64,000 nucleotides of DNA, taken from positions 160,001-224,000 of the forward strand of contig CBDCJV010000002.1 in NCBI GenBank assembly GCA_965217895.1. The letters run 5' to 3'. Below, one piece after another: positions 11,516-22,118 of this stretch. The position numbers and the translations under genes were made by a program. The notes under the pieces were generated by a model, which was not told the DNA's origin, made no database searches, and saw only the letters and a program-made list of their open reading frames with translations. Origin of the DNA: Waterburya sp. (lineage in GTDB: Bacteria > Cyanobacteriota > Cyanobacteriia > Cyanobacteriales > Xenococcaceae). Numbering within the stretch: the stretch's first letter is position 1; each line of letters opens with the position of its first letter.

Positions 11516-11848
11516 ATGAATATGAAAGATATATCACAAGGAAGTAAGAAGCTAATGAATCAAGTTACTAACGCCGTAGAAAAAACAGGAAAAAAAGTCG
11601 CCAACCAAGTTTCTAATATTGCCGATGGCAAGGCAGAAGAGATAACTGAAGAGGCAATTCAAGCTGCGGTCGATCAGGCTTTAGACGTGCTGCAAGTTGC
11701 TGGTCAAAGAGTAAGAGAAAAGAATATAAACGGCGAAAGAGTAACTTTGGAAGTTGGTGTTGGTGTCGTTAATGTAGTTCATCTAAAAATAACTACTGAT
11801 GTACCAGGAAAGGATGGCGTTGAAGAAGTTAGTACCGAACTAAATTAA
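11516..11848 (+). CDS. Hypothetical protein
   Basis: 110-aa ORF with protein-like composition; hairpin at 11866-11888 downstream. Confidence 0.65.
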   Translation: MNMKDISQGSKKLMNQVTNAVEKTGKKVANQVSNIADGKAEEITEEAIQAAVDQALDVLQVAGQRVREKNINGERVTLEVGVGVVNVVHLKITTDVPGKDGVEEVSTELN

Positions 11849-12033
11849 TAAACAGAAGCCTTAAGGCATTTATCGCTATGATAAATGCTATATTATTACC
11901 GCAAATGACTTTGTAAAAATAGAAGCTTAATAACTCAATGTCAAAATGTTTTATTGTTAGGCGGTTCAAGTACGTTAACGTTGACTAGAGGTGTAACATT
12001 AAAATTTTTTCGTATTAAGTAATTTTAAATTTT

Positions 12034-12215
12034 GTTCAAAAAGCGATCGCTTTTTGAACGGCGCATTCGCAAGGGGCTGTGGGCAGAAAGGCGTAAGTTT
12101 GCGAGACAAAACCGTTGCGGGGTTTCACCCCGTTGAGGTTATTGTCGAGGTTGCCGCATCTACCTGCGTCTGCCCTTTATAAGCCCTGCGCCAGCGATGC
12201 GGAGCAAGTCCTTAA
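12034..12215. repeat. HIP1-centred palindrome followed by nested GC-rich structured inserts
   Basis: GTTCAAAAAGCGATCGCTTTTTGAAC perfect palindrome; then GGGCAGA...TCTGCCC enclosing a CAAC-hairpin-GCAAC unit on the minus strand. Confidence 0.6.
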
Positions 12216-12317
12216 TCCTTATCTCTCATTCCTCATGCTTTAAAATTAGAGTATATTCAAAAAACACAATATATCAATCTAGTTATGTACGAGCATCTAT
12301 TCTAGATTTCTGAACAA

Positions 12318-13382
12318 TTGCTCATGAAAAGCAACTGCTATAAAAGACCGAATTCATTTGCTGAAGCAGTTCAGCTAGTGGAAAATTATGTTAAAGAAGA
12401 AATTGTCAAAGAGACAGAAAACAAGCAGCTTTTTTATCATACTCTTGACCATGCCTTAGCTGTTAAACGTCGAGCTAACCGTATTTTTGAGGCAATTGAG
12501 CCGACTCTAAAACAGAGTAAAACTGCTGATGAATTGGCAAGGTTAAAAAGCTTAATGGATCTAAGCGCGATCGCTCATGATATGGTACAAGTTTTTGTGA
12601 CTAACCAAGAAAAGCTTGAGCCTCGCAGACATCTAGTAGGAGTTAGCGAAACTGCTACTGCTGACAAGCTGATTGAATATATCCAAAATTTAAATCGCCA
12701 ATTAAGCAGCTATGAACTTGATGCCTCATTTCTTTTTAAGGATACAGATATAGATATTGTTCGAGATGCAATTCTAGCCACAATTTGCGATCTCGATCCT
12801 CAAGCGGGGAAAGCTAACTATAGTTTTTCTCCTTATTCAATCTATCAGCCTTATCTTTACGATTCTAAGCCAAAAATTTCTATTATTAGTAGCATAATTG
12901 CCTTGGCAGATCTTGGAACATTGGCTATGGATGGAATTAAGCCATATATCCAGGATGGAATTTTGATTTTTATAGAAGAGAATCTTGAGCTCAAAGATCT
13001 GATCTTAAATGGTGAGATTACAGCTTATTTGCCAAGTCATCATCCTCAAGGCAATAATAAAATCGATCTCAAAGTTCATGGTCTAAATAATCCGACAAAA
13101 CTTGAACTTAATTGCCTCGAGCTAGACTGCGATTTGATTAAGAACAGGTTAATCACTATGACTCAATTTATGGTTAATTTAGCCAGGGAAAGATTCGCTA
13201 GACTAGAGTTAGAAATTGCTGGATTTACGCCTCAAGCTCGCCAGATTTTAACCCAGACAATTTTCACTTATCTGAATCCAGAAAATATTAAGAAAATTGA
13301 AATGATAGTGCCGACTGATGAAGAAACTAGTTTGTCTGAATTGATCGATTTTTTCCATTTATATTTGAATGAAAATATTTAA
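12318..13382 (+). CDS. HD-domain-like hypothetical protein
   Basis: FYHTLDHA, AIAHDMVQ and ALADL motifs. Confidence 0.65.
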   Translation: MLMKSNCYKRPNSFAEAVQLVENYVKEEIVKETENKQLFYHTLDHALAVKRRANRIFEAIEPTLKQSKTADELARLKSLMDLSAIAHDMVQVFVTNQEKLEPRRHLVGVSETATADKLIEYIQNLNRQLSSYELDASFLFKDTDIDIVRDAILATICDLDPQAGKANYSFSPYSIYQPYLYDSKPKISIISSIIALADLGTLAMDGIKPYIQDGILIFIEENLELKDLILNGEITAYLPSHHPQGNNKIDLKVHGLNNPTKLELNCLELDCDLIKNRLITMTQFMVNLARERFARLELEIAGFTPQARQILTQTIFTYLNPENIKKIEMIVPTDEETSLSELIDFFHLYLNENI

Positions 13383-13433
13383 ACCTTGGCGATCGCCAGT
13401 AACAATAAACATTAAAGACTTGAGTAAAGATCG

Positions 13434-13850
13434 GTGTTAAAAATTTCCGAGCAAATTGCTATTCCCGACAACGAAATAGAGATCAAGGCGGTTCGCTCTC
13501 AAGGTGCGGGTGGTCAGAATGTTAACAAAGTTTCAACTGCTATACATCTGCGTTTCGACATCAAAGCATCTTCACTTTCTTATTTGCACAAGGATAAGCT
13601 TTTAAGACTAAAAGAGTCTAGAATCTCGAAAGATGGGGTAATTGTAATTAAAGCACAACAATTTCGTACCCAGCAGCAAAACAAAGAAGATGCTCTTCAG
13701 CGACTCAAACAAATTATCAAAAGTGCATCAATTCGTAATAAAAAAAGAATATCAACTAAACCAACTAAAGGAGCTAAAAGAAAGCGATTAGAGCGCAAAA
13801 CCAAACGAAGTCAATTAAAAGCACTAAGAAAAAAGGTTGACTATGATTAG
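13434..13850 (+). CDS. arfB: Alternative ribosome rescue peptidyl-tRNA hydrolase ArfB
   Basis: RSQGAGGQNVNKV GGQ motif and basic C-terminal tail. Confidence 0.92.
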   Translation: MLKISEQIAIPDNEIEIKAVRSQGAGGQNVNKVSTAIHLRFDIKASSLSYLHKDKLLRLKESRISKDGVIVIKAQQFRTQQQNKEDALQRLKQIIKSASIRNKKRISTKPTKGAKRKRLERKTKRSQLKALRKKVDYD

Positions 13851-14073
13851 CTTTGGAAAACAGTGAGATGGTCACGAATAATCTCTTGATGCGAGTACAG
13901 GCGGAAGTGCGCCTTTTTGTTGCTAGGGCAGCGTAGTTACGGCTAAAGCCTTACTTTAATTGTAGAAAAAGTAAGACTAAACAATTTAACTATTTTCGCC
14001 GTCTCTAGTTAGAAGCTGCAATATTATCAAGCTATGATTATATTAATTTCGCTATCTTCATGTTCGATCGCCC

Positions 14074-14517
14074 TTACCATAACTCCTGTATATTACCTAA
14101 TCTGCGAATGCCTTCTATTAGCTGTATCTCTGTTAGATTTGAGTAGCCAAAAATAAACTCTTTGTTCGTAGTAGTTTGAAGATAATAGGGTTTGAGACTA
14201 ATTATTCCCACACCTATTTTACTAGCAGCTTGAATAATCTCTTCTTCACTGGATTTAGTATGTAGTCGCACTATCAAATGAATTCCTGCATTTTCGCCTA
14301 AAATTGTGGCTCGTTCTCCCAAATATTTATTGATCGCTTCTACTAAAACTTGACGACGGCAGTTATAAAAGCGACGTATGCGCCGAATATGCCGTTCAAA
14401 ATGTCCCTCGGTAATAAAATCAGTCAGAGCATACTGTTCTAATAAAGGAGTAAAGCGATCGCACAACCATCTAGCCTGACAAACAATCGGTACTAATGCA
14501 GGTGGGACTACTAAATA
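14074..14517 (-). pseudogene. C-terminal fragment of MocR/GntR-type PLP-dependent aminotransferase regulator, cut by IS982
   Basis: YLVVPPAL...EQYALTDFITEGHFERHIRR...AGIHL; frame starts at the IS end; 5' part is not on the other side of the IS. Confidence 0.8.
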
Positions 14518-15598
14518 ACCTGAGTTCGGGATAAGAAAAAGGACAGGTAGTAAGCTGAAAATAACAACTTTCTTCAGTAAACCTGCCCTATGTTTAGTTT
14601 AGATGCTTTATTTTGTGATGTAGACGATTTTTGTCTTGTTTTTGAACCTGAATGGCAAAAGAAGTTGCTAAGTCATGGCGGAATAAAAAGACGCAGAGCG
14701 AAAAACCTCTGTTTGAGTGAAATAATGACGATTTTAATTGCGTTTCATCAAAATCACTATCGCAATTTTAAACACTTTTATCTTGACTATGTAAAACAGC
14801 ATTGGCATTTGGCTTTTCCAGGACTTCCTAGCTATCAAAGATTTGTGGAATGGACTCCTTCAACTTTAATTCCGTTGTGTGTCTACCTCAAACGTTGTTT
14901 TGGAAACTGTACAGGGATTGGTTTTGTTGATGCTACTAGTCTCAAAGTTTGTCAACACGGTGGTTGTATAAGCTGGGGAAACCCCAGCATACCCCACCGT
15001 CACAATCGCCGAATTAAACGCCACAAAGTTTTTGATGGTTTAGCTCAAAGAGGTAAAACTTCGGTTGATTGGTTTTGCGGTGCGACCCCGCTGGGGTTTC
15101 CCCAGCATGGGAACGCGCACCAAGATGGTTTTAAGCTCCACTTAGTAGTCAACGAGATCGGTCAACTGTTAAATGCTCAACTTACTCCTGGAAACTTTGA
15201 TGATCGTCGTCCTATTCCTGACTTGCTTCAAGGTCTTTTTGGTAAATTTTTTGCAGACAGAGGCTATGTCTCCCAAAAGCTTGCTAATCAATTGCTCGAA
15301 GAGTTTGGGATTCAGTTTTTTGCTAAACCCAGACGTAATATGAAGAATAAATTAATGCGACTTCATGACAAACTTCTATCCCGCCACCGATCAATTATTG
15401 AGACAATTAATGACCAACTCAAAAATATTTCTCAAATCGAACATTCTCGCCATCGATTGCGAAGCTAGCCGAAGGCATCGCCAGTAAATTTTTGCGTTAA
15501 TGTTCTTTGTGGATTAATCGCTTATTGTCATCAACCTAAAAAGCCTAGTCTCCGCCTTGATTGGCTTTTGCCTCAATCTGCTTAACCCGAACTCAGGT
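14518..15598 (+). mobile_element. IS982-family element, copy 2
   Basis: TIRs ACCTGAGTTCGGG; Tpase 14590-15585 (DATSL, ADRGY, IETINDQLK) with three inserts of 48, 48 and 21 nt, the last carrying TAG. Confidence 0.95.
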
Positions 15599-15645
15599 TA
15601 CTTACTACTTACGAGCAATTAGCTTTTCTGCCCCAACCGATTAAC

Positions 15646-16581
15646 TTAGTGCGATACAGGTTCGGTACTGCCAAAGCTGATGTCGTCTTCTTCGTAATCT
15701 GGTGGTTCAACGTGGATCACCACTCGTACTTGACCAAAACGTTTTTCTAAGTGTTCTTCTATTGTTTCTGTAATTTGGTGAGCAGCGATAATATCGTTAG
15801 TATCAACGACTAAGTGCATTTCAATAAATACCTGTCTACCTAGCATTCCTCGCGAAGCAATCTCATGACAGTTAAGTACTCCTGAAACTTGCATTACAGT
15901 ATCATGGATGGCTTCAGGAGCGATCGCCATTTCATCAACCAGCCAGGGTAAATTTTCTTTAATTACTTCCCAACCGCTATAAAATACCAATAAAGCTACA
16001 GGAAAAGCGAGAATTACATCGAGCCATTCTAGTTTAGGGATATTGAGATTTTTTGCTTGCCATACTCCCACTAATCCAGCAATCACAATTATTGTGACCC
16101 AAATATCGCTCATGGTATGCTTGGCATCAGCAATTAAAATGGGGCTATTAACTTTTCTGCCTATATTGCGCTCGTAAAAGGCGACAAAGATATTAACCCC
16201 TAAAACAAGCAACAAGAGCCATAGCTCAGTCGAAGTTACTTTGATTGCTGCATTTTCAGTATTTAAGAAGATTTTCTCTACAGCCCCACGTAAAATTTCA
16301 AAACAGGCAATTCCTAAAAAAGCGGCAATTCCCAATGCGCCTACCGCCTCAAACTTTTGATGCCCGTAGGGATGTTCTCGATCTGGTTTGGGAGAAGAAA
16401 AACGATTGGCGATCAAACCCAAAATGTTGTTGACACTATCGGTGATACTGTGCAACGCATCTGCCTGTAGACTCAATGAACCAGAGGCAATACCTAAAGT
16501 CAACTTGAGAGCCATGACAAACAAGTTTAAAAGTAATGTTAACCAAAGGACTTTGCGAACTTGAGAACGATTGTCTTGCAT
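15646..16581 (-). CDS. Cation diffusion facilitator transporter
   Basis: ADALHSITD, PDREHPYGHQKFE, ADAKHTMSD, IHVEP. Confidence 0.92.
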   Translation of the reverse strand: MQDNRSQVRKVLWLTLLLNLFVMALKLTLGIASGSLSLQADALHSITDSVNNILGLIANRFSSPKPDREHPYGHQKFEAVGALGIAAFLGIACFEILRGAVEKIFLNTENAAIKVTSTELWLLLLVLGVNIFVAFYERNIGRKVNSPILIADAKHTMSDIWVTIIVIAGLVGVWQAKNLNIPKLEWLDVILAFPVALLVFYSGWEVIKENLPWLVDEMAIAPEAIHDTVMQVSGVLNCHEIASRGMLGRQVFIEMHLVVDTNDIIAAHQITETIEEHLEKRFGQVRVVIHVEPPDYEEDDISFGSTEPVSH

Positions 16582-16787
16582 TATTTAAGAACAGAAAAGC
16601 AACCAGATACTTGCTTTATAATCATAATCCGAAACATATCTATAGTCGCGATATGTTAATGCTTGTAGACAAAGTTCATTGTTTATCAACAAAGAGTTAG
16701 TAGTTCTTAGTCTGTCGTTTGTAGTCGGATATAAACTACCAACTACTTACCACTAACGACGAACTTTGTCTGTTGTCGAACTATCCC

Positions 16788-17432
16788 TTAATCTTTGGGC
16801 AATAGTCTTTCTTGTCCGTATTCCCAAACAAAGTAGGCAACAAGAATAGCAATTACCAATAGCAGCGCAGCAACTCCAGCTTGAGCAGCCCAGGTAATGA
16901 TCTGCTCTAAAGAAACAACTCGTCCCAGGAAAAAAGCCAGGGTGACAATGGTAGTTGACCACAACGCAGCACCACCCAAATTACAGAGCAAAAATTGTTT
17001 ATAGGGCATTTTGGTAATTCCTGCCAAAGGTCCTGCAAAAATTCTCAACAAAGTAACAAAACGTCCAAAAAAGACAGCCTGAGCAGCATTTTTACTGTAG
17101 CGATCTTTTACCAGTTCTAGCTGCTGTTCTTGGATTCTGAAAATGCTGCCAATTTTAACTATAAGCTGCCAGCCGCCAATTCTGCCAACCCAATAACCAA
17201 AATTATCGCCTAAAACTGCTCCAGCGATCGCACTACCCAAAACCATTCCATAATTCAATTCATTGCTGCCAGCTAAAAAACCGCCAACTATGACGACGGT
17301 TTCTCCAGGTAGGGGAATACCCATATTCTCTAGAGCAATGCCAATAAACACTGCCCAATAACCGTAGAGGTGAGCAATTTCTTGTATAGTTTCTAATGTA
17401 AATAGCTCGATTGACATTCCACGGCTTAACAA
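16788..17432 (-). CDS. DedA family membrane protein
   Basis: ENMGIPLPGE, GDNFGYWVGR, FFGRFVTLLR. Confidence 0.9.
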   Translation of the reverse strand: MLSRGMSIELFTLETIQEIAHLYGYWAVFIGIALENMGIPLPGETVVIVGGFLAGSNELNYGMVLGSAIAGAVLGDNFGYWVGRIGGWQLIVKIGSIFRIQEQQLELVKDRYSKNAAQAVFFGRFVTLLRIFAGPLAGITKMPYKQFLLCNLGGAALWSTTIVTLAFFLGRVVSLEQIITWAAQAGVAALLLVIAILVAYFVWEYGQERLLPKD

Positions 17433-17507
17433 AGATTAACGCTATTACCCATACTGACGTAAATTAACCAATAGTGTCAACGTCAGAATGGGAGAACTAG
17501 TCAGGAA

Positions 17508-17756
17508 TTAAGTGGGAACAGCTTCTCCTGGACGTAGTTTTGACCATTTACCAGATTCTTCTACAAAGCTTTGACAGCCAACTACATCCCACTCCATTTC
17601 AATAATTTCGTCTTGGGTACGAATGTTGACGTTAATCGTCGGTTCAACAGGTTCAAAGGTTGGATTTTCGGTTAAATGGGCTTGTTGGTGTTGAGTTTCT
17701 ACTGCATTGTAGGTTTGGCAGTTATCAACATATTGGCAGTTGATACAGATACACAT
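17508..17756 (-). CDS. ycf34: Ycf34 family protein
   Basis: MCICINCxYVDxC start, EWDVVGC motif. Confidence 0.9.
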   Translation of the reverse strand: MCICINCQYVDNCQTYNAVETQHQQAHLTENPTFEPVEPTINVNIRTQDEIIEMEWDVVGCQSFVEESGKWSKLRPGEAVPT

Positions 17757-17840
17757 AATTTTTTAATTGAACTTCATGCTTTAATTGTTAATCTAGCTCA
17801 GATAACAGTACATAGTCACGATAAATTTAAATAAATTTAA

Positions 17841-19061
17841 ATGGTTGTAGAACAACTCAAGTCATATTTAAATAGGGTAAATTTCCCCTGTGACTTGAAT
17901 CAACTACCAGCAAACGCCTATTTAGTTGGGGGTTCGGTAAGGGATGCTTTACTAGAGCGTTATAAAACCCCGATAGATTTAGATTTTGTTTTACCCGCCA
18001 AGACAATTGAAACTGCTCAAGAAATTGCCAACTCCTATCATGGTGGCTTTGTGGTTTTAGATGCAGCTAGGGAAATAGCCAGAGTTGTTTTCCCTCAAGG
18101 AACTTTAGATTTTGCTCGTCAAGAGGGAAGCTTAGAAACAGATCTTAAAAGACGGGATTTTACGATTAATGCGATCGCTTTCAACCTGAAATCTCAACAG
18201 TTAGTCGATCCCTTGGGAGGCATAGCAGATCTCCAACAGGGAATCATCAGAATGGTTTCAGCTAGTAATCTAGAAGACGATCCCTTAAGACTATTACGGG
18301 CATATCGACAGGCAGCACAGCTAGACTTTAGCATTGAGGGTGATACGAGGCGAGCAATTGGCGATCGCACTTCTCTATTAAAGACTATTGCAGCCGAAAG
18401 AGTTCAAGCTGAATTAAATTATCTTTTTACTGCACCCCAAGGAAACAAATGGTTAGCAGCAGCAGATGATTTATTACAGTTTTGGCTACCTAGCATTAAG
18501 CTAGGAAAAATCGAGCAGCTAGAGACAGTAGAAGCTGCGCTTGAGGTTTGCCTTGATTCTGGTTTAAATCTGCCTGAATTGAACATTTTAGCCAAGCTGG
18601 CAACCTTAGTGTCTACAAATGCAACTAACGCTGAAGCTGAATTAATCCAGCTAAAATATTCCCGCAACCAGATCAAAGCCGTAACAAAAACCGTGCAGCA
18701 TTTACCCCAACTGCAAACTATGACAAGCTTAATGAGCTTGAGGGAACAGTATTTTTGGTTTTTAGCAGTCAAAGACTTTTTTCCTTTATTGGCAGTTAGA
18801 GCGATCACCACAGGAGTATCTTCAGTAATTATAGACCCCTTAATCGAGCGTTATTTAAACCCTAATGATCCTGTCGCCCATCCCCAACCCTTAATTACAG
18901 GCAACGATCTAATTCGTGAGTTTGAGCTTAAACCTTCTCCCCTAATTGGGACAATACTGACAGAAGTTCAAGTTGCCCAAATTGAATCAAAAATATCTAC
19001 ACCTCAGCAGGCTTTAAACTTTGCCAACTCGTTATTAAAATCAAATAAGCAAAAAACGTAA
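17841..19061 (+). CDS. CCA tRNA nucleotidyltransferase / polyA polymerase family
   Basis: YLVGGSVRD, DLDF, RRDFTINA, DDPLRLLRAYR. Confidence 0.9.
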   Translation: MVVEQLKSYLNRVNFPCDLNQLPANAYLVGGSVRDALLERYKTPIDLDFVLPAKTIETAQEIANSYHGGFVVLDAAREIARVVFPQGTLDFARQEGSLETDLKRRDFTINAIAFNLKSQQLVDPLGGIADLQQGIIRMVSASNLEDDPLRLLRAYRQAAQLDFSIEGDTRRAIGDRTSLLKTIAAERVQAELNYLFTAPQGNKWLAAADDLLQFWLPSIKLGKIEQLETVEAALEVCLDSGLNLPELNILAKLATLVSTNATNAEAELIQLKYSRNQIKAVTKTVQHLPQLQTMTSLMSLREQYFWFLAVKDFFPLLAVRAITTGVSSVIIDPLIERYLNPNDPVAHPQPLITGNDLIREFELKPSPLIGTILTEVQVAQIESKISTPQQALNFANSLLKSNKQKT

Positions 19062-19070
19062 GCAAAATTA

Positions 19071-19364
19071 TCAGCCAGCAAATCTGTTGCTTTTGCCTTT
19101 ATTACAGTCGCTACAAAGTGTTTGTAAATTACTCATAGCGTTGCTACCACCTTTAGAGAAAGGAATAATGTGATCTACTTCTAGTTCCGCTTTCTTAACT
19201 GATATGCCACAAAATAGGCAACGATAATTGTCTCTTCTCAATACATCAACGCGAGTTATAGCGGAAATATAACGCGATCGCTTTTGGGTATTTTGTATTT
19301 TCTTCTTCGTTATTTTTTTTTGGCGTTTAGATTGAGGAGATGAAGCGATTAATATTTGAGACAG
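19071..19364 (-). pseudogene. HNH endonuclease fragment (not in ORF track)
   Basis: Manual translation: RSRYISAITRVDVLRRDNYRCLFCG...LEVDHIIPFSKGGSNAMSNLQTLCSDCNKGKSNRFAG*; no ATG upstream of the domain. Confidence 0.8.
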
Positions 19365-19435
19365 CTATTAAGAAATGGCGTTTTGATAATGCTAAAATAA
19401 AGTACATACAAAGTAATTACTTAAACTGGCTAACA

Positions 19436-19681
19436 ATGAAGATTGACATTATCAAAATTGGCAATTCTCAGGGAATCCGTATTCCCAAAACAATTATTGA
19501 ACAATGTAAATTTCGAGATTCAGTAGAAATGGAAATAAAAGACGGGAATTTGGTTTTAAGTTCTCATCGAGTCAGAGAAGGATGGTCTAATTCTTTTCAG
19601 ACTATGGCAGCCAATAAAGATGATGAACTATTAATTGACGAGACTATTTCCACAGAATACGACCAAGAATGGGAATGGTAA
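19436..19681 (+). CDS. AbrB/MazE family antitoxin
   Basis: MKIDIIKIGNSQGIRIPK; ATG at 19436 is the likely start rather than 19340. Confidence 0.88.
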   Translation: MKIDIIKIGNSQGIRIPKTIIEQCKFRDSVEMEIKDGNLVLSSHRVREGWSNSFQTMAANKDDELLIDETISTEYDQEWEW

Positions 19682-19995
19682 GTCGAGGAGAAATCTATTT
19701 AGTAAATTTAGATCCCACAGTTGGTTCAGAAGTACAAAAAACTCGTCCTTGTCTAATAGTTTCTCCCGATGAGATGAATCAATATATCCGCACAGTAGTT
19801 ATTGCACCAATGACTACCAGACAAAGAAATTACAAAAGTCGTGTAGCAATTAAGTTTGATGGTAAACAGGGAGAAGTAATGCTCGACCAAATTAGAACTA
19901 TTGATAAAACACGTTTAATCAAAAAATCAGGAATCTTATCAGTTAAAAAACTAAAAGCAGTATTATCAGTTTTACAAGAGATGTTTGCTTATTAG
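19669..19995 (+). CDS. PemK/MazF family toxin
   Basis: RGEIYLVNLDPTVGSEVQKTRPCLIVS, DQIRTIDK. Confidence 0.92.
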   Translation: MGMVSRGEIYLVNLDPTVGSEVQKTRPCLIVSPDEMNQYIRTVVIAPMTTRQRNYKSRVAIKFDGKQGEVMLDQIRTIDKTRLIKKSGILSVKKLKAVLSVLQEMFAY

Positions 19996-20017
19996 TTTGG
20001 CTACACAATTTGGCAAT

Positions 20018-21034
20018 TTAGCGATCGCGTTCGAGTCTTTCTAAATCTAATTTGACTGGATTGTATGGTTGTTGAATCGCTTTGCCGTTAGTATTTTGAG
20101 CAATCACCGACTGTACTCCTTCGATAGTAGAAATCATGCTGCGAGGATCCATAAACATTACTTTGCTGCTTTCGCTACTGCCAATTTCTTTACCCATTTC
20201 TAAATAGTTTTGCGCCAGAAGAAACTGTAAAGCTTCATGAGCATTGGGATCGGACTTCAGTTTTTCCATGACAATTTTCATGGCTTCGGCTGTGGCTTGA
20301 GCTTTAAGAATTTGCTCTTGGCGTTCGGCTTCGGCTTTCAAGACGATTGACTGTTGTTCTGCCTCTGCATTTAAAATGGCTGCTTTTTTAGCTGATTCTG
20401 CCTCTAGTAATCTTGCCTGAGCATTTCCTTGAGCCGAGTTAATAGCAGAATCTCGATGTCCTTCTGAAGTTAAAATATTAGCTCGTTTTTGTCTCTCCGC
20501 TGCCATCTGCAATTCCATCGAATCTTGGACAGCTTTTGAAGGCATAATGTCTCGCAATTCTACCCTGGTTACTTTTACTCCCCAAGGATCGGTAGCAATA
20601 TCTAGCTCTCTTAAGAGAATCTCGTTGATTTCAGTACGAGCCGTAAAGGTTTGATCTAGCTCCAATTGACCCATTTCTGAGCGAATTTGCGTTAAAACCA
20701 TGTTTACCATGGCATCTCGTAGATTTTCTACTTTATAAAAAGCCTTGTACATATCCATGATGCGCCAGTAAACTACTGCATCGACAGTGATGCTCACATT
20801 GTCGCGGGTAATACAAGATTGTGGAGGTATATCTAAAACTTTTTCTTTAATGGTGTCGTGGTAGACAACTTTATCAATAAAAGGAGTAACAAAATTTAAG
20901 CCTGGTTCAAGCTTTTTTTTATAGTTACCTAAGCTTTCAACTAGATATTCCTCTTTCTCTTTAACAATTTTGACCGATCCTGCTAGGGTAGTTGAACCTA
21001 ACAACAATAAAGCTAAAGTTAAAAACTGTCCCAT
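20018..21034 (-). CDS. SPFH/stomatin-like protein
   Basis: [29 protein letters not shown]; paired with NfeD. Confidence 0.92.
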   Translation of the reverse strand: MGQFLTLALLLLGSTTLAGSVKIVKEKEEYLVESLGNYKKKLEPGLNFVTPFIDKVVYHDTIKEKVLDIPPQSCITRDNVSITVDAVVYWRIMDMYKAFYKVENLRDAMVNMVLTQIRSEMGQLELDQTFTARTEINEILLRELDIATDPWGVKVTRVELRDIMPSKAVQDSMELQMAAERQKRANILTSEGHRDSAINSAQGNAQARLLEAESAKKAAILNAEAEQQSIVLKAEAERQEQILKAQATAEAMKIVMEKLKSDPNAHEALQFLLAQNYLEMGKEIGSSESSKVMFMDPRSMISTIEGVQSVIAQNTNGKAIQQPYNPVKLDLERLERDR

Positions 21035-21118
21035 AATAAACTCCTATTAAAATATTTAATAATTGCCTTATTTATAACTCTTCTCTCAAAAAACAAACTT
21101 GTGCGAGCGATCTAACAC

Positions 21119-21559
21119 TTAACCATGATCCAGCATCCTCGATGGTAAGACAATTAAAGTATTGCCTTGTTTGCGAACTACGTGAACAGGTTCGTTAGGG
21201 GCAATATCTCTAGTCTCATCAGCACATTTTGCTCGCCAAGAATTTCCTTCATACAAAACTCTGCCTATAGACCCTGCGGGAATACCGCTAATTGCAGTAG
21301 CCTCTAAATCATCTCCTGTAATTGATATTCTGCGCTTAGGTGTGAATAAACGACGCGAAAAGATAGTTAAGACAGTGGAAAAGATTAACCACAAGCCTGT
21401 TAGTAAAGTATACTGTGGCAAAAATAGAGATGCGATCGCTACTAGAAAAGCAGCAATACCCATCATTAAGCTTACAAAAGCAGTAGGAAAAAGGAACTCC
21501 ATTAAACAGAGTATCGCCCCCGCAACTATCCAAAAAAGAGTAGGATCAACCATAAGCAA
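21119..21559 (-). CDS. NfeD family protein
   Basis: N-terminal TM helices, GRVLYEGNSWRA, GNTLIV. Confidence 0.88.
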   Translation of the reverse strand: MLMVDPTLFWIVAGAILCLMEFLFPTAFVSLMMGIAAFLVAIASLFLPQYTLLTGLWLIFSTVLTIFSRRLFTPKRRISITGDDLEATAISGIPAGSIGRVLYEGNSWRAKCADETRDIAPNEPVHVVRKQGNTLIVLPSRMLDHG

Positions 21560-21738
21560 TAGTTTTTACTATTAAAAAACCTGAAATTTTAGATTGATGT
21601 TAAATATTTAGCAATTTCCTTTAATTCTAACCACAGCCAAGCTTAAGATGCTCGTAAGTTATATATAAGTAATAAATAGACCAACACCATAACGTTTGCA
21701 TATTAAAATTTAATAGTTGTCTACAATATATTGATAAA

Positions 21739-22023
21739 ATGCCTAAAGCAATTTGGAATGGTCAAGTCTTAGCCGAAAGCGATCGCACTGAAGTAGTCGA
21801 AAACAATCAATATTTTCCGCCTGATTCTATTAATCAAGAATATTTTCGCGCCAGTTCTACCCACACTTCATGTCCCTGGAAAGGACAGGCTAGCTACTAC
21901 AACATCGTTGTTGACGACCAAGAAAACAAGGACGCTGCTTGGTATTACCCAGAAACTAAAGAAAAGGCAAACAATATCAAAGGTTACGTTGCTTTTTGGA
22001 AAGGTGTAAAAGTAGAAGTATAA
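21739..22023 (+). CDS. DUF427 protein
   Basis: AIWNGQVLAESD, CPWKGQASYY, AAWYYP. Confidence 0.88.
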   Translation: MPKAIWNGQVLAESDRTEVVENNQYFPPDSINQEYFRASSTHTSCPWKGQASYYNIVVDDQENKDAAWYYPETKEKANNIKGYVAFWKGVKVEV

Positions 22024-22118
22024 ATTAAGACCTCTTGCACGAATCATAAATCTTGGTTAGGTCAGAGGTCAGAAGTCAGCAGGAATTTACTGTAATTATT
22101 TATATCTATGTACTTAAC

